A stretch of 64,000 nucleotides of DNA from Cyanophora paradoxa CCMP329. Lineage: Eukaryota; Plantae; Glaucophyta. Each line of letters begins with the position of its first letter. The stretch's first letter is position 1. The stretch lies in NCBI GenBank assembly GCA_004431415.1, contig QPMI01000166.1:62001-126000 (forward strand), given 5' to 3'. A program made the translations under genes and the position numbers. Below are positions 12,001 through 24,000 of the stretch, in pieces. The notes beneath the pieces are model-generated. The model was not told the DNA's origin and did no database searches. It worked only from the letters and a program-made list of their open reading frames with translations.

Positions 12001-15000
12001 TGCAACTCGCCTTCCATTGCCGTTTCGACCGCCGTTACCTGCAGTGAGTGCTTTTAATTTGTGCTCTGATTGATGTTTGCCGAGCTTGTTCCGCAGCTCT
12101 TGCTGTCCGCTCCTGCGGCTCTCCTGTGCCGGTTTCGTTGAGCGCACTTGGGGTCATCCCATCAGCCGGCGTTGCGAGCGTGTTTGAAACGAGCTCCCCC
12201 GATACGTTCGAGGTTATGTTTGTCGCTGGCGCGGAGAGCGGCTCCGCGAACATCGCGGTTCTCTTTTCCTCCACTCTCATCGCGTCGGCAGACGTCTTCG
12301 TCACTGGTGATTTGCCCGCCCGCCTCGCGCCTAGCGTGCATCTAACGCGTGCTTTTTTTCTGCACAGATATGCCCGACGCGACTTCCTCCCTGGACATTG
12401 ACGCCCCTGCAATGTTCGTTGGCAAGACGATTCCGTTCACCATCACCCTCCGCCGGCAGAGCCGTCCCGCTTACGTGACGGAGGATTGCTTTGTCATTCC
12501 GGTGGGCGGCTCCGCCTCCATCGAGACGCCACCGATCTGGAACCGCGTCGCCGGGAGCTTCACTGCCGGGGCCGACGAGATGGAGGGCAGGCTTAGCGTG
12601 GTGTGCGGCTCCGCAGACATCAACTCGACGGTGGTCTCGATCTGGCGCGAGGACCCCCCGGCGCTGGCTGTCCAACCCGACCGCATCGACTTCGTCGTGT
12701 TCCAACGGTTCGTCGGGAACGCCACGATCCAAGTGACGAATGCGATGGCGGACACGGCTGGCGTTGAGCTCCACGTGGACCGGCCCGCCGACTTGTTCCT
12801 CGGCGTCGTCGACGGCAAAGACGCCGTCATCCCTGGGGATGGAAGCGCTGTAGTCACAATCCAACTGAACACGAACAACGGACCGTCAGGGCCTCTGTAC
12901 GTCCTTCATTCTTTCCAGCTTACACAGCCTTCCGCTTTCTTGACGTTTTGCGCAGTGAGCAGAACTTTACAAGCGAGTCGCTGATCACCGGGAAAACCCG
13001 CGCGAATCGGCGGCCGCCTCAGTACTTCGGCGTGAATCTGACCCGGGTCGCGGTCTCTGTCCGCCAGCCCGGATTCCTCGCTGCTACTCCTTCCAGGGTG
13101 AGCTCGTGGTTGCAACACATTTATGGTTGACTGGTCGCTCACGAGTCTTGTTTTACAGATTGACGTCGCGGCCCTGCGGCCCACGGACGATTCCGAGATC
13201 GTCTCGGTCTTCAACCCTGACGTTCTCGCCTATCCGTTCCAATTCGAGCAGCTCCCGTCCTGGCTCAGCGTCTCGCACCCGAGCGGCGTCATTCAGTCTG
13301 GCGAGACGCTGAACATCACCTTCACCTTCTCGTCGGAGATGGCCTCGCAGGCCCGGAAGCGCCGGCTGCTGGGCGAGCCCGTGAAGAGCGTCTCGTTCGC
13401 AGTCAAAGCGAGGCTCCCCGCGGACGTCGGCATGCACGAGGTCGTCCTCGACATCCCCGTCGACGGTGCCGCGTACACCCCTCAGCTCGAGCTTCCGCCC
13501 TCCGGCACCATCAGCCTCGGGCGGTCCGTTTCTTGCTTTTTTCCTTTGAGAAAGCACTAACGAGCACTCAATTTCTCCCGCAGCTTCCTCCGCCCTCGAG
13601 ACCCATCTGTTTCCGTCGAACTCAAGAATCCGGCGCCAGTGCCGCTGGACGTGAGCTTCACGTACTTCGGCGAGATACCTTGGGTCGTGCCGGAAGCGAC
13701 GGCGGGAAGTATCGCGGCGAACTCGACTGCGGCGTTCGGCTTCAACGTTTCCCTGTCGAACATCGCGGACGACGGCATCGCCTTGGCAGACATGATCTTC
13801 AACGTGTCCTCCCCGTCCAGCGCGGTGACCTTCCCGTCATTCCTCGCTGTGTCCGTGGAGGTCTGGACCCCGAAACTCGTCATCGAGCTCGTCGAGCCGC
13901 TCGCCTTCGCGGACCCCCAAAACAACGCCTTGGTCACCATCAAGGCACTGAAATCCCGCTCGTACAATTTCACCATCTCCGTGAAGTCGCCTCCGACGCA
14001 CAACTTCAAGGAGCAGCTGTATGCCGTCGTGGAGCCCCTGCCGGCGGGCATGTATCGCTACGGAGGCGACCTCTCCGGCAACGTGACCGACTCCGTCTCG
14101 GCCACGATTCCTTTCACGGTGAACGCTGGAGAACTGAGCGTCGGCGTCAATGTGCTCGAAGTGGCCATCGATGTTGGCGAGACCCTGCCGGGGCTCTATC
14201 CCCAGCGTTTCAACGTGACCGTCGACGTGTACGTCCCGGAGGTTCAGATTCTGAACACTGCTGGATTGTCTCAGACCCAGTTCGACATGTACGGTCTCAT
14301 TCCGACATCCCAGACCCTCACCTTCGTTATTGGCAACAACGCCGTGAACGGATTCAGCGATGTCAACTGGGCGATCAACAAGGCCGAGTTCCCCGCTTGG
14401 CTGGAGCTGCAATCTTCTGAGGAACAAGGCAACCTCGCACTGGGATCAAGCACTGGTGTTACTCTGAAGCTGAGCACGGCAGCGCTAGGAGCGGCAAGCG
14501 GGTCTTTCAGTCTGAATGTTATTGTAGAGGGTGGCGCCAAGATTCAGTCGCTGGTCATCGTCCTCAATGCACAGTATCCTCAGCTCACGGTGGACGCCGG
14601 CCAAGCAGTCCAATCTACGCAGACCAACGCGGTCGCAACCCTGCGCCCCGACCCGTGGACGGCAACGCTGACGCTTGCGAACACTGATTATGGCCTTTAT
14701 CCGGAGGCGGTTGCTTTCAGCATGCCTCAGGGGTATGTGCCGTCCTACGTGTCCATCAGCCCGTCGTCCGGCTCGGTGGGAGACTCCCAGTCCTTCGTCA
14801 CTGTCACCCTCGACACGACCTCGCGGGATCTGCCCGAGGGAGACACAACGACGGAAGTAACTCTCGCGATCGGCCCCGCCAGCTTGCCGGGCGTGTATAA
14901 CCGCAACGTGACTTTCACGATTCAGCACGTCGTGCACACGCCGCGGCTTGAAGTCACAAGCGCCCCCGCTCCCTTCGGCCTGTACTTCATGTCCACCGCA

Positions 15001-18000
15001 AGCTTGACTGTGACACTCTTCAACCCTCTCCCCGTTCCGGTTGCGTTCAGCTTTGGCAACGTGTCCGAGGCTGGCTCGGAGCTCGACGGTGTCGTTGCCA
15101 TCGAGTCGAGCGCGGCCTCCAACTTTGTGGCCGCAAGCACCTCGGTGAACTTGACCATAACCGTCCAATCTGCCGCGCTGCCGGCGCCACTTGGGCTCCA
15201 CGTGGTGGGCGCGACTGCGAACGTCCGGGCGCCCGGCTCGGCCAGCCTGTCCCCGGCGCCGTACACGGCGACGCCGGCGCGCGACCAGGTGACGGTGGCG
15301 CTCAACTTTTCCGTGGCGGAGATCATGGTGCAAGGGTCCGCGTCGAGCCTCGTCTTCGAGGTGCTGCGCCCGCAGGTGCTCACTCAGAACTTCACCCTGA
15401 CGAACGTTGCCGACCTCGGCCCCGAGTACCCGCTTCCGGACGTGACCTTCGACGTGGACGCCAGTACTGTGTCGGCGTACGTGCAGATTGCTGCGGACCC
15501 AGCCGGCCCGCTTCGTTCGGGGGCGGCGTCGCAGATCTCGGTGACTTTCGACTCTACTAAGATGGCGACCGATGTCGAGCAGAAGAACGTTACGGTGTGG
15601 TTCTTCAGCTCGGCGGATCAGAGTATCGGAGGGTCGTTCAATGTGCTCCTGGACCTGACGGCGAAGACACCGACGCTGACCGCTCCCAACGTGGACTTCG
15701 GGAACCTGCTTCGCCAGCAGACGCAGTCGAAGGAGCTGGTCCTGACGGAGCCCGGCTACGGCAACGTCAAGTGGCAGGTTAAGCCTGGCACGTTGAACCC
15801 TGCCGCCGGCGTTTCTCTCAGCCAGGAGTCCGGCAACGTTGCAAAGGGTGGGACGTCGACTATCACTGTGACATTTAATACACAACCCGTCAGCGATGGC
15901 CCGGCGTCCGTTTCGGTGTCCATCGAGGTTGGGGGGGAGTTCCTGGACTACGTCCCGGAGCCCATCACTTTCACGGTTTCCGCGGGGGTCTACCCGCCGA
16001 ATCTCGATGTCAAGAATCCGGACCCCCAGTTTGTCCTCTCGTCGCGAAAGAACTACACTTTCATCGCGGAGCTCTCAGCACCGATCAACCCAGACTACTC
16101 CTGGGCGACGCAATACTACGCGGTGCAGGGGCCGTCTCCGAGCGCTCTGATGGTCGTCGGCGGAGACCGTGGAGAAGTCTCGCCGACAACACCCAAGGCC
16201 ACTGTGCACATGAACATGAGCGGAATAGAGATGAAGGCTTCTTCCGGGATTGGAGACCGCACAGCGACGGCAGCTGTGTGGGTCGGGAACAATGCTCAGC
16301 CCGATAACACGTACTCCGAAACTATCTCGGTGGCCGTCACCGTCGTGGACCCTGAGATCTCGCTGTACGAGAGCGCGGGCAGCGAGAACCAGACGAACCT
16401 CGCCAAGGCGGTGTCGGGCTTTATCCCGCTCCCGCAGACCTTTAGCGTCACCCTGAAGAACGACCGCCTGCCCAAGTTCTCGGACATCAACTTCGCGGTC
16501 AAGACTTCCGACGCGAGCTGGCCGGCGTGGCTCAACGTGTCGGTCACAAGCGGAACCCTGGGCCCGGACGGCGGGTCGCAGGATCTCTCGTTCACGGTGC
16601 TGACGGACGTGCTCGGCGAGACGAGCGCGACATACGACGTGCTGATCGAGCTGGAGGAGCACGAGAATGGGGAGGGGACAGCCGTGGCCGTGCAGCAGAA
16701 GATTACCATTACGGCGGAGGCGGTGCTCGCGAAGGTGGACGTGGACGACTCGAACGCGAACCGGGGCACGGAGGTCATCCTTCGGCCGGAGAGCTGGGCC
16801 GCAAACGTGACCCTGACGAACGCGGTCGCGCGCTTTGGGGCGATCGATTACCGTGTGCCCACGAGCGCGCCATCGTACGTGAGCATCAGCCCGGCGGGGT
16901 CGACGATCGCCGGAGCGCCAGTGGTGCTGGATGTTCTTCTGAACACGAGCGACCCGCAGCTGCCAGAGGGGCACCACGTCACGGAGGTGACGTTGGAGAT
17001 CGGCCCGGCGGGCTCCGGCCGGTTCGAGCAGAACACCACATTCCGCATCACGCACGACGTTCGGGCGCCGGCGTTGACCGCGGCGGCGGCGCCGTCGTTC
17101 GGCCTGTACCTGCGCTCGAACGCGTCGAGAACGGTGACGCTGAGCAACCCGCTGCCGGTGCCGGTCGAGTTCGAGTTCGGAGCAACGTCGCAGTCCGGGG
17201 TCGAGCTGAAGCCGGCGAAGCAGCAAGTCCAGGCCGGCGGTACCTTTGATGTCACCCTGGACATTGCGGATTCCGCGGTATTCGGGGTCGGGCTCCACGT
17301 GGTGGGCGCGACTGCGAACGTCCGGGCGGCCGGCTCGGCCAGCCTGTCCCCGGCGCCGTACACGGCGACGCCGGCGCGCGACCAGGTGACGGTGGCGCTC
17401 AACTTTTCCGTGGCGGAGATCATGGTGCAAGGGTCCGCGTCGAGCCTCGTCTTCGAGGTGCTGCGCCCGCAGGTGCTCACTCAGAACTTCACCCTGACGA
17501 ACGTTGCCGACCTCGGCCCGAGTACCCGCTTCCGGACGTGACCTTCGACGTGGACGCCAGTACTGTGTCGGCGTACGTGCAGATCGCTGCGGACCCAGCC
17601 GGCCCGCTTCGTTCGGGGGCGGCGTCGCAGATCTCGGTGACTTTCGACTCTACTAAGATGGCGACCGATGTCGAGCAGAAGAACGTTACGGTGTGGTTCT
17701 TCAGCTCGACCGATCACAGGAGCTTTGGGTCGTTCAATGTGCTCCTGGACCTGACGGCGAAGACACCGACGCTGACCGCTCCCAACGTGGACTTCGGGAA
17801 CCTGCTTCGCCAGCAGACGCAGTCGAAGGAGCTGGTCCTGACGGAGCCCGGCTACGGCAACGTCAAGTGGCAGGTTAAGCCTGGCACGTTGAACCCTGCC
17901 GCCGGCGTTTCTCTCAGCCAGGAGTCCGGCAACGTTGCAAAGGGTGGGACGTCGACTATCACTGTGACATTTAATACACAACCCGTCAGCGATGGCCCGG

Positions 18001-21000
18001 CGTCCGTTTCGGTGTCCATCGAGGTTGGGGGGGAGTTCCTGGACTACGTCCCGGAGCCCATCACTTTCACGGTTTCCGCGGGGGTCTACCCGCCGAATCT
18101 CGATGTCAAGAATCCGGACCCCCAGTTTGTCCTCTCGTCGCGAAAGAACTACACTTTCATCGCGGAGCTCTCAGCACCGATCAACCCAGACTACTCCTGG
18201 GCGACGCAATACTACGCGGTGCAGGGGCCGTCTCCGAGCGCTCTGATGGTCGTCGGCGGAGACCGTGGAGAAGTCTCGCCGACAACACCAAGGCCACTGT
18301 GCACATGAACATGAGCGGAATAGAGATGAAGGCTTCTTCCGGGATTGGAGACCGCACAGCGACGGCAGCTGTGTGGGTCGGGAACAATGCTCAGCCCGAT
18401 AACACGTACTCCGAAACTATCTCGGTGGCCGTCACCGTCGTGGACCCTGAGATCTCGCTGTACGAGAGCGCGGGCAGCGAGAACCAGACGAACCTCGCCA
18501 AGGCGGTGTCGGGCTTTATCCCGCTCCCGCAGACCTTTAGCGTCACCCTGAAGAACGACCGCCTGCCCAAGTTCTCGGACATCAACTTCGCGGTCAAGAC
18601 TTCCGACGCGAGCTGGCCGGCGTGGCTCAACGTGTCGGTCACAAGCGGAACCCTGGGCCCGGACGGCGGGTCGCAGGATCTCTCGTTCACGGTGCTGACG
18701 GACGTGCTCGGCGAGACGAGCGCGACATACGACGTGCTGATCGAGCTGGAGGAGCACGAGAATGGGGAGGGGACAGCCGTGGCCGTGCAGCAGAAGATTA
18801 CCATTACGGCGGAGGCGGTGCTCGCGAAGGTGGACGTGGACGACTCGAACGCGAACCGGGGCACGGAGGTCATCCTTCGGCCGGAGAGCTGGGCCGCAAA
18901 CGTGACCCTGACGAACGCGGTCGCGCGCTTTGGGGCGATCGATTACCGTGTGCCCACGAGCGCGCCATCGTACGTGAGCATCAGCCCGGCGGGGTCGACG
19001 ATCGCCGGAGCGCCAGTGGTGCTGGATGTTCAGCTGAACACGAGCGACCCGCAGCTGCCAGAGGGGCACCACGTCACGGAGGTGACGTTGGAGATCGGCC
19101 CGGCGGGCTCCGGCCGGTTCGAGCAGAACACCACATTCCGCATCACGCACGACGTTCGGGCGCCGGCGTTGACCGCGGCGGCGGCGCCGTCGTTCGGCCT
19201 GTACCTGCGCTCGAACGCGTCGAGAACGGTGACGCTGAGCAACCCGCTGCCGGTGCCGGTCGAGTTCGAGTTCGGAGCAACGTCGCAGTCCGGGGTCGAG
19301 CTGAAGCCGGCGAAGCAGCAAGTCCAGGCCGGCGGTACCTTTGATGTCACCCTGGACATTGCGGATTCCGCGGTATTCGGGGTCGGGCTCCACGTGGTAG
19401 GCGCGACTGCGAACGTCCGGGCGGCCGGCTCGGCCAGCCTGTCCCCGGCGCCGTACACGGCGACGCCGGCGCGCGACCAGGTGACGGTGGCGCTCAACTT
19501 TTCCGTGGCGGAGATCATGGTGCAAGGGTCCGCGTCGAGCCTCGTCTTCGAGGTGCTGCGCCCGCAGGTGCTCACTCAGAACTTCACCCTGACGAACGTT
19601 GCCGACCTCGGCCCCGAGTACCCGCTTCCGGACGTGACCTTCGACGTGGACGCCAGTACTGTGTCGGCGTACGTGCAGATCGCTGCGGACCCAGCCGGCC
19701 CGCTTCGTTCGGGGGCGGCGTCGCAGATCTCGGTGACTTTCGACTCTACTAAGATGGCGACCGATGTCGAGCAGAAGAACGTTACGGTGTGGTTCTTCAG
19801 CTCGACCGATCACAGGAGCTTTGGGTCGTTCAATGTGCTCCTGGACCTGACGGCGAAGACACCGACGCTGACCGCTCCCAACGTGGACTTCGGGAACCTG
19901 CTTCGCCAGCAGACGCAGTCGAAGGAGCTGGTCCTGACGGAGCCCGGCTACGGCAACGTCAAGTGGCAGGTTAAGCCTGGCACGTTGAACCCTGCCGCCG
20001 GCGTTTCTCTCAGCCAGGAGTCCGGCAACGTGGCAAAGGGTGGGACGTCGACTATCACTGTGACATTTAATACACAACCCGTCAGCGATGGCCCGGCGTC
20101 CGTTTCGGTGTCCATCGAGGTTGGGGGGGAGTTCCTGGACTACGTCCCGGAGCCCATCACTTTCACGGTTTCCGCGGGGGTCTACCCGCCGAATCTCGAT
20201 GTCAAGAATCCGGACCCCCAGTTTGTCCTCTCGTCGCGAAAGAACTACACTTTCATCGCGGAGCTCTCAGCACCGATCAACCCAGACTACTCATGGGCGA
20301 CGCAATACTACGCGGTGCAGGGGCCGTCTCCGAGCGCTCTGATGGTCGTCGGCGGAGACCGTGGAGAAGTCTCGCCGACAACACCCAAGGCCACTGTGCA
20401 CATGAACATGAGCGGAATAGAGATGAAGGCTTCTTCCGGGATTGGAGACCGCACAGCGACGGCAGCTGTGTGGGTCGGGAACAATGCTCAGCCCGATAAC
20501 ACGTACTCCGAAACTATCTCGGTGGCCGTCACCGTCGTGGACCCTGAGATCTCGCTGTACGAGAGCGCGGGCAGCGAGAACCAGACGAACCTCGCCAAGG
20601 CGGTGTCGGGCTTTATCCCGCTCCCGCAGACCTTTAGCGTCACCCTGAAGAACGACCGCCTGCCCAAGTTCTCGGACATCAACTTCGCGGTCAAGACTTC
20701 CGACGCGAGCTGGCCGGCGTGGCTCAACGTGTCGGTCACAAGCGGAACCCTGGGCCCGGACGGCGGGTCGCAGGATCTCTCGTTCACGGTGCTGACGGAC
20801 GTGCTCGGCGAGACGAGCGCGACATACGACGTGCTGATCGAGCTGGAGGAGCACGAGAATGGGGAGGGGACAGCCGTGGCCGTGCAGCAGAAGATTACCA
20901 TTACGGCGGAGGCGGTGCTCGCGAAGGTGGACGTGGACGACTCGAACGCGAACCGGGGCACGGAGGTCATCCTTCGGCCGGAGAGCTGGGCCGCAAACGT

Positions 21001-24000
21001 GACCCTGACGAACGCGGTCGCGCGCTTTGGGGCGATCGATTACCGTGTGCCCACGAGCGCGCTATCGTACGTGAGCATCAGCTCGGCGGCGTCGACGATC
21101 GCCGGAGCGCCAGTGGTGCTGGATGTTCAGCTGAACACGAGCGACCCGCAGCTGCCAGAGGGGCACCACGTCACGGAGGTGACGTTGGAGATCGGCCCGG
21201 CGGGCTCCGGCCGGTTCGAGCAGAACACCACATTCCGCATCACGCACGACGTTCGGGCGCCGGCGTTGACCGCGGCGGCGGCGCCGTCGTTCGGCCTGTA
21301 CCTGCGCTCGAACGCGTCGAGAACGGTGACGCTGAGCAACCCGCTGCCGGTGCCGGTCGAGTTCGAGTTCGGAGCAACGTCGCAGTCCGGGGTCGAGCTG
21401 AAGCCGGCGAAGCAGCAAGTCCAGGCCGGCGGTACCTTTGATGTCACCCTGGACATTGCGGATTCCGCGGTATTCGGGGTCGGGCTCCACGTGGTGGGCG
21501 CGACTGCGAACGTCCGGGCGGCCGGCTCGGCCAGCCTGTCCCCGGCGCCGTACACGGCGACGCCGGCGCGCGACCAGGTGACGGTGGCGCTCAACTTTTC
21601 CGTGGCGGAGATCATGGTGCAAGGGTCCGCGTCGAGCCTCGTCTTCGAGGTGCTGCGCCCGCAGGTGCTCACTCAGAACTTCACCCTGACGAACGTTGCC
21701 GACCTCGGCCCCGAGTACCCGCTTCCGGACGTGACCTTCGACGTGGACGCCAGTACTGTGTCGGCGTACGTGCAGATCGCTGCGGACCCAGCCGGCCCGC
21801 TTCGTTCGGGGGCGGCGTCGCAGATCTCGATGACTTTCGACTCTACTAAGATGGCGACCGATGTCGAGCAGAAGAACGTTACGGTGTGGTTCTTCAGCTC
21901 GACCGATCACAGGAGCTTTGGGTCGTTCAATGTGCTCCTGGACCTGACGGCGAAGACACCGACGCTGACCGCTCCCAACGTGGACTTCGGGAACCTGCTT
22001 CGCCAGCAGACGCAGTCGAAGGAGCTGGTCCTGACGGAGCCCGGCTACGGCAACGTCAAGTGGCAGGTTAAGCCTGGCACGTTGAACCCTGCCGCCGGCG
22101 TTTCTCTCAGCCAGGAGTCCGGCAACGTGGCAAAGGGTGGGACGTCGACTATCACTGTGACATTTAATACACAACCCGTCAGCGATGGCCCGGCGTCCGT
22201 TTCGGTGTCCATCGAGGTTGGGGGGGAGTTCCTGGACTACGTCCCGGAGCCCATCACTTTCACGGTTTCCGCGGGGGTCTACCCGCCGAATCTCGATGTC
22301 AAGAATCCGGACCCCCAGTTTGTCCTCTCGTCGCGAAAGAACTACACTTTCATCGCGGAGCTCTCAGCACCGTTCAACCCAGACTACTCCTGGGCGACGC
22401 AATACTACGCGGTGCAGGGGCCGTCTCCGAGCGCTCTGATGGTCGTCGGCGGAGACCGTGGAGAAGTCTCGCCGACAACACCCAAGGCCACTGTGCACAT
22501 GAACATGAGCGGAATAGAGATGAAGGCTTCTTCCGGGATTGGAGACCGCACAGCGACGGCAGCTGTGTGGGTCGGGAACAATGCTCAGCCCGATAACACG
22601 TACTCCGAAACTATCTCGGTGGCCGTCACCGTCGTGGACCCTGAGATCTCGCTGTACGAGAGCGCGGGCAGCGAGAACCAGACGAACCTCGCCAAGGCGG
22701 TGTCGGGCTTTATCCCGCTCCCGCAGACCTTTAGCGTCACCCTGAAGAACGACCGCCTGCCCAAGTTCTCGGACATCAACTTCGCGGTCAAGACTTCCGA
22801 CGCGAGCTGGCCGGCGTGGCTCAACGTGTCGGTCACAAGCGGAACCCTGGGCCCGGACGGCGGGTCGCAGGATCTCTCGTTCACGGTGCTGATGGACGTG
22901 CTCGGCGAGACGAGCGCGACATACGACGTGCTGATCGAGCTGGAGGAGCACGAGAATGGGGAGGGGACAGCCGTGGCCGTGCAGCAGAAGATTACCATTA
23001 CGGCGGAGGCGGTGCTCGCGAAGGTGGACGTGGACGACTCGAACGCGAACCGGGGCACGGAGGTCGTTCTGCGGCCGGAGAGCTGGGCCGCAAACGTGAC
23101 CCTGACGAACGCGGTCGCGCGCTTTGGGGCGATCGATTACCGTGTGCCCACGAGCGTGCCATCGTACGTGAGCATCAGCCCGGCGGCGTCAACGATCGCC
23201 GGAGCGCCAGTGGTGCTGGATGTTCAGCTGAACACGAGCGACCCGCAGCTGCCAGAGGGGCACCACGTCACGGAGGTGACGCTGGAGATCGGCCCGGCGG
23301 GCTCCGGCCGGTTCGAGCAGAACACCACATTCCGCATCACGCACGACGTGCGGGTGCCAGCGTTGACCGCGGCGGCGGCGCCATCGTTCGGCCTGTACCT
23401 GCGCTCGAACGCGTCGAGAACGGTGACGCTGAGCAACCCGCTGCCGGTGCCGGTCGAGTTCGAGTTCGGAGCAACGTCGCAGTCCGGGGTCGAGCTGAAT
23501 CCGGCGAAGCAGCAAGTCCAGGCCGGCGGTACCTTTGATGTCACCCTGGACATTGCGGATTCCGCGGTATTCGGGGTCGGGCTCCACGTGGTGGGCGTGA
23601 CTGCGAACGTCCGGGCGGCCGGCTCGGCTAGCCTGTCCCCGGCGCCGTACACGGCGATGCCGGCGCGCGACCAGGTGACGGTGGCGCTCAACTTCACGAT
23701 CACAGACATCCTGGTCGAGGCTTCGCTCCAGGAGGTCAACATGTCAGCCTTCCGTCCCCAGCAGAAGCTCGCCTTGGTGAACCTTACGAATGTGCGGGAT
23801 CTCGGCGCCGACTACCCGCTTCCGGACGTTGCGTTCAGCGTTGATTTCTCGGCCTTCAACCCCTTCCTCGAGGTCGCACCGGTGTCTGGCCGTCTTTCAT
23901 CTGGCGCTTTCCAGCAGCTAGACGTCAAGTTCAACTCTACGGCTATGAGTGTCGATGACTTCACAAACAACGTTGTCGTCTCTTACTCGAGTGCAACGAG

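Noticed and set aside
2214-23696. Repeats A and B as transposons, prophage or CRISPR arrays
   Set aside because: I found no terminal repeats, transposase/RT motifs or spacers. The units are in-frame coding duplications within one gene.
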